Part shown: positions 51,076 through 60,779 of the stretch, in pieces
How the letters are laid out: each line of letters starts with the position of its first letter
Position numbering within the stretch: position 1 is the first letter of the stretch
From: Thermodesulfobacteriota bacterium
GTDB taxonomy: Bacteria > Desulfobacterota > Desulfobulbia > Desulfobulbales > SURF-16
DNA length: 64,000 bases
Direction: 5' to 3'
Assembly: GCA_040755455.1 (NCBI GenBank)
Contig: JBFMAY010000004.1
Span: 32,001-96,000, forward strand
Made by a program: the position numbers and the translations under genes
Notes under the pieces: model-generated
What the model saw: the letters and a program-made list of their open reading frames with translations, nothing else
Databases searched by the model: none
What the model was told of the DNA's origin: nothing

Positions 51076-53781
51076 ATGCATAGATCCCGCTTTCCCTTGA
51101 GTCTTGTTATTCCGCTTTTCATTCTTACCGTTTTATTGCCTTGTTACGCCAGCAGTTACGCTGCCACCGAGGCCGCAACAGCAGGGGCTGCGACTGCTGG
51201 CGATGCGCCATCGGCAAACACCGTTTTTCTGCCGTTTAAAATCATCACCGGCGGTGATCCGGCGCTGTTAGCCGGGAAAAGCGACCAGATCCTGGCAACA
51301 ACCGTGACCGCAAGAGGACAGAAACTGCTGGAACGTAACCAGGTGATGGCACAAATTGATTATGCCGCCGCCTTTCCACCGCCGGCGGACAAAATCCTGC
51401 AGATAATCCCGCCAGGCAATTTCGACTACCTGGTCTTCGGCAGCATCACCCAGATCGGTACAAAACTCAGTGTGGACATCTTGGCGGTTGATCTCCTTGA
51501 TGCCGCCTCTTCCCGCTCTTTCTACCAGGAAGCGGCAAATTCCGAAGAACTGGCAATCGTGCTCGACAGACTGGTGGACAAGGTTCTTGCCTACACAGCG
51601 CGACTCTACCGTATCGCCAAGATAGATATCAGCGGCAACACCCGCATCGACTCAGGGGCGATCCTCAAACATATCCAGGCCAGGGCGGGCGATCAATATA
51701 ATCCCGCACGGCTCAGAGAAGACCTGAAGAACATTTACAAGATGGGCTACTTTGACGATGTGCAGATCAATGTGGAAAACACCGAGGAAGGGAAAAATGT
51801 GACCTTTTCCGTCAAGGAGAAGGAAGTCATCGCCAGCGTCACCATCTCCGGCGAAGACAATCTCGAGGCTGACACGATCAAAGAGGTCATCACCGTTACG
51901 GCTAACACCATTGTCAATCCCCAGGAGGTCATGACATCCGCGGAAAATATCCGCAAGCTTTACAAAGAAAAAGGATATTATGACACGGAAGTCACCACCA
52001 AACTCACTTACCCTGACAAGGACCGGGTTAATATCCTGTTTGAAATCAAGGAAGGGGATAAAATATACGTCAAGGAAATAATCATCCATGGCAACAACAC
52101 CTTTGCCAGTGATGAAATAGTAAAAGTTCTCTCCACTTCCACCAAGACCATGTTTTCCTGGATTACGGATTCGGGTCTGCTGAAAAGAGACATTTTGCAA
52201 CAGGACGCTTCCCGCATCGGCGCCTTTTACCAGAATCACGGATTTATCGATGCCTTGGTGGGTGATCCCGAGGTGGAGAAAAAGGGCGAATGGCTGTATG
52301 TGACCTTCAATATCACGGAAGGCGACCGCTATAAGGTGGGCGTCATCGATATCACCGGCGACCTGATTGAAGAAAAATCAGTTCTGCAGGAGATGACAAC
52401 CATTGGAGAGGAAAAATATTTCAACCGCCAGGTTCTCCGTGATGATGTGCTGAAGATTTCTGATTACTATGCCTCGAAAGGATACGCCTTTGCCGAGGTT
52501 GATCCCCAGGTCACCAAGAACAGCGAAGAAAAACGGGTTGATCTCAACATCCATATCAGCAAAGGGGATCTGGTCCATATCAACCGGGTTATTATCAAAG
52601 GAAACACCAGAACCCGGGACAAGGTCATCCGCCGCGCCCTGTCGGTTGACGAGGACAGCATTTACGACGCAACCGCCATAAAAAAGAGCACGGAGCATCT
52701 GCAGCAGCTCGACTTCTTTGAAGACGTCAATATTACCCCTGAACCGACCGAGGAAGACAACCTGATGGATGTCATCGTTGACCTGAAGGAAAAATCAACC
52801 GGCACCTTCAGTATCGGCGCAGGCTACAGCTCCGTTGACGGTCTGATATTCATGTCGGACATCACCCAGCACAACTTTCTCGGCCGCGGCCAGAGTGTGT
52901 CATTGCAGGCCAACGTTGGCGGCAAGAATACACGTTATAATCTGAGCTTTACCGAACCCCATCTCAATGACTCCAAGCTCTCCTTCGGCTTTGATGTTTA
53001 CCACTGGACCCGGGATTATGACGACTATGACAAAAAGTCCATCGGCACGGCGATCCGGCTCGGCTATCCCGTCTGGGAGAAATGGACGGTTTGGGGCAGC
53101 TGGGCATATGATGACTCGAAACTGTCCGAAGTCAGCCCGTATGCCTCGCACTACATCCTCGATTCCATGGACATCAATATAACCCATTCAGTGACCCTGG
53201 GCCTTTCCCGTGACAGCAGGAATCGCCGGTATAATCCCACCGAGGGCTCCCTGCACTCCGTGTCGGTTGAAAAAGCCGGCTCCGTTCTGGGCGGAGACAG
53301 CGCCTTTACCAAATATGAAGGATCGACCAGCTGGTATTTCCCTTACCGCTGGGAAACGGTGTTCCATGTCCGGGGCGCTGCCGGCTATATCACCGAAGAC
53401 GAAGAAGGCAAGCTGCCTGTTTATGAGAAATTTTATCTGGGCGGGCTAAGCACCATGCGCGGTTTTGAAAATTACGGCATCAGCCCGCGCGATACGGAGA
53501 CCGATGAAAAAATAGGCGGCGAAAAAATGGCCTATATGAATCTGGAGTATATTTTCCCACTGGTCAAGGACATCGGCCTCAATGCCCTGGTCTTTTATGA
53601 TATCGGCAACGCCGTCCGTGATTCAGAGGATCTGGGGGAAGATCTTCGCTCAAGTGTCGGTTTCGGCTTCCGCTGGCTGTCACCCATGGGCCCTCTGCGG
53701 CTTGAATGGGGATATAACATTGATCCCTGGGAGGACGAAGACCAAAGCCTCTGGGATTTCAGCATCGGAGGCCAGTTTTAA
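51076..53781 (+). CDS. bamA: Outer membrane protein assembly factor BamA with extra N-terminal domain
   Basis: POTRA repeats, GNTRTRDKVIRR, MRGF motif, SPMGPLR, terminal Phe. Confidence 0.95.
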   Translation: MHRSRFPLSLVIPLFILTVLLPCYASSYAATEAATAGAATAGDAPSANTVFLPFKIITGGDPALLAGKSDQILATTVTARGQKLLERNQVMAQIDYAAAFPPPADKILQIIPPGNFDYLVFGSITQIGTKLSVDILAVDLLDAASSRSFYQEAANSEELAIVLDRLVDKVLAYTARLYRIAKIDISGNTRIDSGAILKHIQARAGDQYNPARLREDLKNIYKMGYFDDVQINVENTEEGKNVTFSVKEKEVIASVTISGEDNLEADTIKEVITVTANTIVNPQEVMTSAENIRKLYKEKGYYDTEVTTKLTYPDKDRVNILFEIKEGDKIYVKEIIIHGNNTFASDEIVKVLSTSTKTMFSWITDSGLLKRDILQQDASRIGAFYQNHGFIDALVGDPEVEKKGEWLYVTFNITEGDRYKVGVIDITGDLIEEKSVLQEMTTIGEEKYFNRQVLRDDVLKISDYYASKGYAFAEVDPQVTKNSEEKRVDLNIHISKGDLVHINRVIIKGNTRTRDKVIRRALSVDEDSIYDATAIKKSTEHLQQLDFFEDVNITPEPTEEDNLMDVIVDLKEKSTGTFSIGAGYSSVDGLIFMSDITQHNFLGRGQSVSLQANVGGKNTRYNLSFTEPHLNDSKLSFGFDVYHWTRDYDDYDKKSIGTAIRLGYPVWEKWTVWGSWAYDDSKLSEVSPYASHYILDSMDINITHSVTLGLSRDSRNRRYNPTEGSLHSVSVEKAGSVLGGDSAFTKYEGSTSWYFPYRWETVFHVRGAAGYITEDEEGKLPVYEKFYLGGLSTMRGFENYGISPRDTETDEKIGGEKMAYMNLEYIFPLVKDIGLNALVFYDIGNAVRDSEDLGEDLRSSVGFGFRWLSPMGPLRLEWGYNIDPWEDEDQSLWDFSIGGQF

Positions 53782-53834
53782 CCGCCGGATTTCTTGACCC
53801 AGGAGCGCAACACGCACTACCTCAATTCATCCCC

Positions 53835-53866
53835 GCCATGGCAGTGAAAGCTGCCATGGCTTTTTT
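53835..53866 (+). terminator. Intrinsic terminator after bamA
   Basis: Perfect 10-bp stem GCCATGGCAG / CTGCCATGGC, loop TGAAAG, then T6. Confidence 0.85.
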
Positions 53867-53869
53867 ATT

Positions 53870-56800
53870 ATGCATCAACTATTCACCTTCCTTCAAAAAA
53901 ACCTTAAAGAACCCGTCCACCTCAGCGGACTGAGGCCTTCAGCCGCAGCCATGCTTGCCGCCCAAACAGCAGAAAGAACCGGCCGGCCCGTTCTCTTTAT
54001 CGTCCCCTCCGAGTCCATGCTCGGCAGCATGGAACAGGACCTGAACCTTTTCTCCTCTCTGCCAGTGCTCTGTTATCCGGGCTATGAGATTCCGCCCTAC
54101 ACCCCCCTTTCCCCGGACAGCTCCACAACCGCCGCCCGGTTGGCAACCCTTTACCGGGTGCTGTCAAACAAAGGGCCATTTATCCTGATATCCTCAAGTG
54201 AGGCATTGCTGCGCCGCATACTGCCGGTAAACATCCTTGATGAGCTGGCCGAACTGGTCATCAGAGGTGAGGAGACTGATCAGCACGGACTGGTGCAATC
54301 TCTGGTCAGAAAAGGGTACGAACAGGTTTCCCTGGTCCAGAACAGCGGAGAGTTTGCCGTCCGCGGCGGCATTGTTGATCTGTATCCACCGCCCTTTGCC
54401 GCCGCTGAATCAGCTATTGACGCTCCTGTCAGGCTTGATTTTTTCGGCGAAACCGTCGAATCGATCCGCTATTTTGATCCCATAACCCAGCGCTCGATAA
54501 AAGAGGTTGATGAGGCGGTTTTCCTGCCGGTCAGCGACATCCTTTTCCCTGACCCATCTGGCAGTGATGACAAAAAGATCCTGGCCGCCTTTGACCGGGA
54601 AGGTGCAGAGCGAAGCTGGAATCATCCACAGAAAAACACCATCCGCGAAAAAATAAAAACCCGCACCCCGTTTCCCGGCATCGAGTTTTTTCTTCCCCTC
54701 TTTTATGAAAAACTCTCCGCCCCCTCAGATATCCTGCCGGAAAATACCATTGCCTTTTCTTACGCCCCCCAGGAATCTTCCCAATCCATCCAGCTGATCT
54801 GGGAAAGAATCATGAGAAATTATCAGGAGGCATGCGGCGTCAATAACCCGGCCCTGCCCCCCGAGTCTCTTTTTCTGTCGGAAAACGAACTGGAGAAGTC
54901 TCTGAATCTTTTCAGCCAAGTATGTCTGCACGATTTTGCCACGCTGCAGCCTGAGCACGCGAAGACTCTCTCCATCCAAACCGGCAACCATCTCCTGCTC
55001 AAGCAGCAGCTGGAACTGTCCCGCAAAATGGAGGGCTTTATCGCCCCGCTGGTCAAACAGATCAGCGAATGGCAGCAAAACAATGACAAGGTCGTTCTGG
55101 CCTGCCGGACGGCAAGACATGCCCTCCATCTGGCTGACATGCTTTCCCATTACGACCTTGAATTACGGCAACAGCAAGCGCCGCTAAAGCTTGAGCAAAC
55201 CGGAGCAGCTTATGTGACCCTGGTCACTGCCCCGTTAAGTGCCGGCTTTGATCTGCCGGCCGAAGGTCTGCACGTGCTCTCCGAAAATGAACTCTTCGGC
55301 GAAAAACGGCTCGGTTCGAGAAAAAAGAAAAAACATGCGCGACCTGTTGAAAACATCCGTTTTGAAGAACTGCATCCCAATGATTTTGTGGTGCATGTTG
55401 ATCACGGCATCGGTTTTTTTAATGGGATCATCAACATGATATTAAACGGCGTGGCCAACGATTACCTGCAGATCACCTATGAAGGTAATGATAAACTCTA
55501 TGTGCCGGTTGACCGTTTAAGCACTATCAGCAAGTACCAGGGCATATCGGACAAAGAGCCGAAAATCAACAAGCTCGGCGGCAAACTCTGGACAAAAACC
55601 AAGCAGAAGGTGACGGAAGCGGTCTGGAAAGTGGCCCAGGAACTGCTCGATATCTATGCCAGACGCAAGCTGGCCAAAGGCCATGCCTTTAGCCAACCTG
55701 ACCCGCTATTTCACGAACTTGAAGAAACCTTCCCCTTTGAGGAAACATCAGGCCAGCTCAAGGCGATCAATGACGTCATCGCTGATCTGTCTGCCGAACA
55801 GACAATGGACCGGCTGGTGTGCGGCGATGTCGGCTACGGCAAGACCGAGGTGGCGGTCCGGGCCGCTTTCAAGGTTATTGAGGATGGTTTTCAGGTGGCC
55901 ATGCTCGTGCCGACCACCGTGCTGGCCGAACAGCACGTCGAGTCGTTCAGGGAGCGTTTCGCCGGCTTTCCGGTCCAGGTTGAGTGCCTCAACCGCTTCC
56001 GCAGCGACAGGGAACAGAAGCAGGTTATCAAGGATCTGGCGGACGGCAGGGTTGACATGGTGATCGGCACCCACCGCATCCTGTCAAAGGATGTGGTTTT
56101 CAAACGGATCGGCCTGCTCATCATCGACGAAGAACACCGTTTCGGGGTGGCCCATAAGGAAAAGATCAAAAAAATAAAAAGCAATGTGGATGTGCTCACC
56201 CTGACCGCCACCCCTATCCCGCGCACCTTGCAACTCTCCCTGCTCGGCATCAGGGATCTTTCCGTCATCAGTTCCCCGCCCAGTCAGCGGCGGGCAGTCA
56301 AAACCTTTGTGGCCAAGCATGACGATCTGGTTATCAAGGAGGCAGTCATCAAGGAAGTGCAGCGTAAGGGACAGGTTTTCATCGTCCACAACCGGGTGCA
56401 GTCCATCCACGAAACGGCCCAGCGCGTCCAGAAGCTCGTTCCTCAGGCGAAAATTGCCGTGGCCCATGGCCAGATGCCGGGCAGGCAGCTTGAAGATATC
56501 ATGGTCAGCTTTGTCAAAAAAGAGGTGGATGTACTGGTCTGCACCACCATTATTGAATCAGGCCTTGATATTCCCAACGCCAACACCATTATCATCACCC
56601 GGGCTGACCGGTTCGGCCTGGCTGAAATATACCAGCTGAGGGGAAGAGTGGGCAGGAGTTCTGAACAGGCCTATGCCTATCTGCTGGTCCCTTCCCTGGA
56701 CGGACTGTCCAAGGATGCCAGACAGAGACTGCGGGCGCTGATGGATTACAATGAGCTGGGGGGCGGCTTTAAACTGGCAATGAGCGATCTGCAGATCAGG

Positions 56801-57379
56801 GGCGGGGGAAGCATTCTCGGCAAATCCCAGAGCGGCAATATCGCGGCCGTGGGCTATGATCTTTACCTTGATCTCCTGCAGAAGACGGTTGAGGACCTGA
56901 AAAGAAGAGGCAAAGATGGAGAACTCGCCCTTGAGGAGCCTGATGTTGAGCCTGAAATCAATCTGGGAATCTCCGCCTTTATTCCTGATCACTATATTGG
57001 CGACAGCGATCAGAGATATATCGCCTACCGCAAAATCACCAGCATCAGGGATGAACTTGAACTTGAGGATCTGCAGGATGAGCTGCGTGACCGCTATGGG
57101 GAAATCCCGGAGGAAACGGTCAACCTGCTGCGCATTATCACCATCAAGTTTTCCCTGCGGAAATTGAAAATCTGCAAACTTGAACGAGGAGCGGGCAGCC
57201 TTGTTTTTACTTTTCTCGACCAGACACCGGTGAAGCCGGAAAATATTCTTTCGCTGGTGAGTAAAAGCAGGAACAAAATACGTTTTACCCCTGATGGCAA
57301 GCTCATTGTGCCGTCGCAGATAGAAAGTAATGAGTCTCTTTTCAGTGAAATTAAAAAACTGTTGCAGGCCCTCGATTAG
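53870..57379 (+). CDS. mfd: Transcription-repair coupling factor
   Basis: EFAVRGG, VVHVDHGIG, CGDVGYGKT, DEEHRFG, TATPIPRT, QLRGRVGR. Confidence 0.98.
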   Translation: MHQLFTFLQKNLKEPVHLSGLRPSAAAMLAAQTAERTGRPVLFIVPSESMLGSMEQDLNLFSSLPVLCYPGYEIPPYTPLSPDSSTTAARLATLYRVLSNKGPFILISSSEALLRRILPVNILDELAELVIRGEETDQHGLVQSLVRKGYEQVSLVQNSGEFAVRGGIVDLYPPPFAAAESAIDAPVRLDFFGETVESIRYFDPITQRSIKEVDEAVFLPVSDILFPDPSGSDDKKILAAFDREGAERSWNHPQKNTIREKIKTRTPFPGIEFFLPLFYEKLSAPSDILPENTIAFSYAPQESSQSIQLIWERIMRNYQEACGVNNPALPPESLFLSENELEKSLNLFSQVCLHDFATLQPEHAKTLSIQTGNHLLLKQQLELSRKMEGFIAPLVKQISEWQQNNDKVVLACRTARHALHLADMLSHYDLELRQQQAPLKLEQTGAAYVTLVTAPLSAGFDLPAEGLHVLSENELFGEKRLGSRKKKKHARPVENIRFEELHPNDFVVHVDHGIGFFNGIINMILNGVANDYLQITYEGNDKLYVPVDRLSTISKYQGISDKEPKINKLGGKLWTKTKQKVTEAVWKVAQELLDIYARRKLAKGHAFSQPDPLFHELEETFPFEETSGQLKAINDVIADLSAEQTMDRLVCGDVGYGKTEVAVRAAFKVIEDGFQVAMLVPTTVLAEQHVESFRERFAGFPVQVECLNRFRSDREQKQVIKDLADGRVDMVIGTHRILSKDVVFKRIGLLIIDEEHRFGVAHKEKIKKIKSNVDVLTLTATPIPRTLQLSLLGIRDLSVISSPPSQRRAVKTFVAKHDDLVIKEAVIKEVQRKGQVFIVHNRVQSIHETAQRVQKLVPQAKIAVAHGQMPGRQLEDIMVSFVKKEVDVLVCTTIIESGLDIPNANTIIITRADRFGLAEIYQLRGRVGRSSEQAYAYLLVPSLDGLSKDARQRLRALMDYNELGGGFKLAMSDLQIRGGGSILGKSQSGNIAAVGYDLYLDLLQKTVEDLKRRGKDGELALEEPDVEPEINLGISAFIPDHYIGDSDQRYIAYRKITSIRDELELEDLQDELRDRYGEIPEETVNLLRIITIKFSLRKLKICKLERGAGSLVFTFLDQTPVKPENILSLVSKSRNKIRFTPDGKLIVPSQIESNESLFSEIKKLLQALD

Positions 57380-57460
57380 TATCGTAATACTAAACCTTAA
57401 CGTTGTGTTATAAAATCCGCATGTTGGCGGTCAACATAGTGCATTCATCATGGTTTTCGC

Positions 57461-58477
57461 ATGTTTAAAAATATAATATCCCTTGTGATAGTCAGGAAAG
57501 CCCGTTTAACCGCTTTAAGTTTTTCCCTGATTGCCAGCCTTGCTCTCTCCTCCGCGGCCCTTGCCGCAGAACTTGTTGACCGGGTTGTCGCCGTGGTAAA
57601 CGACGACATCATCACTTTTTCGGAGCTTGAAGAAGAAGCTGCGCCAACATTTGATAAAATACGAGCGGAAGCCCCGCCAGCCCAGGTGGATGATGCCATC
57701 CAGAAAGCACGCAAAGAAATACTGCGCAATATGATTGATCACAAACTTCTTCTCCAGCGTGCCGCCAAACGTAAGATTGAGGTTTCCGATGCGGATATCG
57801 ACTCAGCCATGCAGCGGATTATGGAACAGAATAGCCTTACTGAGGAGCAATTCCGTGACCAGCTGGCGACCATGGGTGTATCAGAGGAAAAATACCGCGC
57901 ATCTCTGCGCGATCAGATTCTCCGTTCAAGACTGCTTAGTTATGAAATCCGGTCAAAGGTGGTAATCACCAATGAGCAGGTCGAGGCTTACTATCGCGAT
58001 AAGTACATGCAAAACAATTCTCCGGAAGGCTACCACATCCTGCAGTTTGGCAGCGGCTGGGAGGACACGGGCCGTTCCGCTTCAAAAGAAGAGGCACAGA
58101 AACGTGCCGAGCAGTTGCGAGAAATGGTCCTGGCAGGTGAAAACTTTAATGAAATCGCTAAAAATTATTCAGACCTGCCCTCCGGGGTTGATGGCGGGGA
58201 TATCGGCACTTTCAAGAAAAATGAGCTGGCTGACTACATGTGGCAGTCTATTAAAGACCTGCATCCCGGGGAAGTGAGCCCCGTCGTTGAAACTCCATCG
58301 GGATTCCAGTTCTTCAAGCTCCTGTCACGCAGCAGTGACGGTGTTATTGCCCAGGCCCCTCTGGAAAATGTAAAGGATGAAATCAGGGCAACTCTTTACG
58401 ACCAGGAACTAAAGAAAAAATTTGAATACTGGGTCAAGGAATTACGAGAAAATTCTTATGTAAAAGAACTCCTCTGA
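57461..58477 (+). CDS. surA: SurA-like parvulin PPIase/chaperone
   Basis: Signal peptide, VDRVVAVVNDDIIT, GGDIG, VETPSGF. Confidence 0.85.
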   Translation: MFKNIISLVIVRKARLTALSFSLIASLALSSAALAAELVDRVVAVVNDDIITFSELEEEAAPTFDKIRAEAPPAQVDDAIQKARKEILRNMIDHKLLLQRAAKRKIEVSDADIDSAMQRIMEQNSLTEEQFRDQLATMGVSEEKYRASLRDQILRSRLLSYEIRSKVVITNEQVEAYYRDKYMQNNSPEGYHILQFGSGWEDTGRSASKEEAQKRAEQLREMVLAGENFNEIAKNYSDLPSGVDGGDIGTFKKNELADYMWQSIKDLHPGEVSPVVETPSGFQFFKLLSRSSDGVIAQAPLENVKDEIRATLYDQELKKKFEYWVKELRENSYVKELL

Positions 58478-58550
58478 TCTCTCACTTTCATTCAGGCAGG
58501 GAGATGCTCTCGACAAAGCCCCATTATCCCCGCCAAAGGACTGGAGCCAA

Positions 58551-59324
58551 ATGGCACAAGATTCCCAGCATAACCGGTCAAAAATCAACGAATCGACCGA
58601 TACCGATACAGGGCAATCCCTGGGCAATTATCTGCAGCGTGAACGGATAAAAAAACAATTCAGTCTGGAGGAGGTTGCGGAGCAAACCTGTATAAACATT
58701 GGGACACTGAGGGCAATAGAGAGCAATGACCGCGACAAAATGCCGGCCGAGGTGTTTTCGCGGGGATTTATCAAGCTGTATGCCAAATTCCTCGGGGTTG
58801 ACCAGCAGGAAGTGCTCGAACGTTATGACCGGGAGATGGCCCAGTCCGATGAGGAAAACATCAGAAATCATGATGTTTTCTACAATGAAAAGCTGGCTGA
58901 ATCATCATCCTTTTTCAATCTGCGCAAATTTTTCTATTTGCTCATGCTGCTCGTTCTTATCGCCCTGGGATATTATTTCTTTCTCTCCTCGGAATCGCCG
59001 ACGTCCCGCCACTCATCGAGGTCTGGCAATCAATCCCTTTCCTCACAGATTAATGAAAAATTTGAAGCAGTAAAAACTCCTTCCCAGACGCAGTACCAAT
59101 CTCCTGCACCCGCGGGGGATGCCTACACTCCTGCAACTGCCCCCATAGCCGATAAGCTGCAGACGGGAGACTCCGACAGCAAAAACCAGGAAGCCACCTT
59201 ACCCGGGACAAACAATGCGCAGTCTCTGCCGCCGGCAGCGTCTCCCCAGGCCAAAGAACCCACCACAGCAAGCGTTCCTCCCACCGGTGTTGAAAAACAG
59301 GAGACACTGCCTCCTGCACAATAA
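58551..59324 (+). CDS. rodZ: RodZ-like HTH membrane protein
   Basis: LGNYLQRER...SLEEVA..T.I...IE...RGFIKLYAKFLG HTH, one TM helix, Pro/Thr-rich tail. Confidence 0.7.
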   Translation: MAQDSQHNRSKINESTDTDTGQSLGNYLQRERIKKQFSLEEVAEQTCINIGTLRAIESNDRDKMPAEVFSRGFIKLYAKFLGVDQQEVLERYDREMAQSDEENIRNHDVFYNEKLAESSSFFNLRKFFYLLMLLVLIALGYYFFLSSESPTSRHSSRSGNQSLSSQINEKFEAVKTPSQTQYQSPAPAGDAYTPATAPIADKLQTGDSDSKNQEATLPGTNNAQSLPPAASPQAKEPTTASVPPTGVEKQETLPPAQ

Positions 59325-60079
59325 TGTCTTTTCTTCAGTCCCGCGCCATAGTCCTGAAAGTCACGGACTATGGCGAATCAGATAAAATTGTTACGTTTTA
59401 TACGCAACATTTCGGCAAACTGAAGGCCATCGCCAAAGGTGCCAAACGAAGCAAAAAGCGGTTTGTCAACAAACTTGAATTCTTTTCGCTGCTTGACATC
59501 ACGGTTGTCCCCGGCCGCCTCTCCACCCTGGCCCGTATCGACAATGCCAGTCTTGTCAATCCGTTCCCATCATTACGGGAAAATTATCACCGCTACACTG
59601 CCGCCATGCTTGTTTGCGAATTAATGGACCAGTGGACAAGGGAAAATGACAGCGATGATCCGCTTTTTCAGCTGCTTTGTTGGTGTCTGCATGAGGTTTC
59701 AGGTAGCTGCAACATTTCTGAGACCGTTATTTTTTTTCAGATCAAGATGCTCGATATTCTCGGCATGGGACTTGTGCTGGAACGTTGTCTCGTCTGCGGC
59801 ACCATGGACCAGACAGCCCTTCCCTATTATTTCAGCCCGGCGCAAAGTGGCATTGTCTGTTCGCGTTGCTGCCGGAAAAATGATGTCGGGCTGATTTCCT
59901 TATCAATGCCGGCTATCAAGAGCCTGCAGATGGCCAGGTCACTGCCCCTAACTAGGCTCCATTGTCTTAAAATCTCCAGAAAATCGCTTGCCGAAGCGGC
60001 TACGGTTCTCAAACTGTATTGCAATTTTCAACTGCAACGTGAAATCCATTCCTGGCAACAATTCGACCTGACATATTAG
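59324..60079 (+). CDS. recO: DNA repair protein RecO
   Basis: YGESDKIV, AKGAKRSKKRF, CLVC...CSRC zinc finger. Confidence 0.95.
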   Translation: MSFLQSRAIVLKVTDYGESDKIVTFYTQHFGKLKAIAKGAKRSKKRFVNKLEFFSLLDITVVPGRLSTLARIDNASLVNPFPSLRENYHRYTAAMLVCELMDQWTRENDSDDPLFQLLCWCLHEVSGSCNISETVIFFQIKMLDILGMGLVLERCLVCGTMDQTALPYYFSPAQSGIVCSRCCRKNDVGLISLSMPAIKSLQMARSLPLTRLHCLKISRKSLAEAATVLKLYCNFQLQREIHSWQQFDLTY

Positions 60080-60372
60080 AATCGCTGCAGCATAATCATT
60101 TTTGTCCGCCCTTTTATCCCGGTATTAATTCCCGCATGCCTTTCCTCGGTTGCCACCTTTCAAGACATACGCAACCAGCTAAATATATCTATTGTTTTTT
60201 TTCTTAAAAACTCGTATCACCGCAATTTGTGCCTTGAGGATTGTTTTTTACTCATTTTCTCTATACAATCCAAGGTGGCGCAAACAGTGAGAAATAGGGC
60301 CTGCTGTTCTGTCTGGCATCTCATCTTACCGATTCACCAGTGGTCATGAACAAATTACCCCGGAGGGAGTGA

Positions 60373-60624
60373 ATGAAAAAAGATTTGAAAATGTACTGGA
60401 AAAAAAATCTTTCACTGATGGTTGTCCTGCTTTCCATCTGGGCAATGGTCTCCTATGGGTTCGGTATCATATTTGTCGATCAGTTGAATGCCATAAAAAT
60501 TGCCGGCTTTCCGCTTGGCTTCTGGTTTGCTCAGCAAGGTGCCATCTATATCTTTGTGGCCCTTATCTTCATTTATTGTCTGATCATGAAGAAAGTTGAC
60601 GAAGAATTCGACGTTCACGATTAA
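60373..60624 (+). CDS. DUF4212-type small subunit of a solute:sodium symporter
   Basis: YWKKNL, GFPLGFWFAQQG; GGAGGG RBS; directly precedes the SSS gene. Confidence 0.88.
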   Translation: MKKDLKMYWKKNLSLMVVLLSIWAMVSYGFGIIFVDQLNAIKIAGFPLGFWFAQQGAIYIFVALIFIYCLIMKKVDEEFDVHD

Positions 60625-60779
60625 TGATTTCATCTGCGCCCAGGGCATTAAAACAAAAAATTCAGCCCGCCAAAACATGACATTCTTAGATGACAGCGGG
60701 GACCAGCTTGTGTTACAAGTCTGTCCCGTCACCCATTCATACTAAAAATTACGAGACAAATTCATAAAGGGAAAAGATA

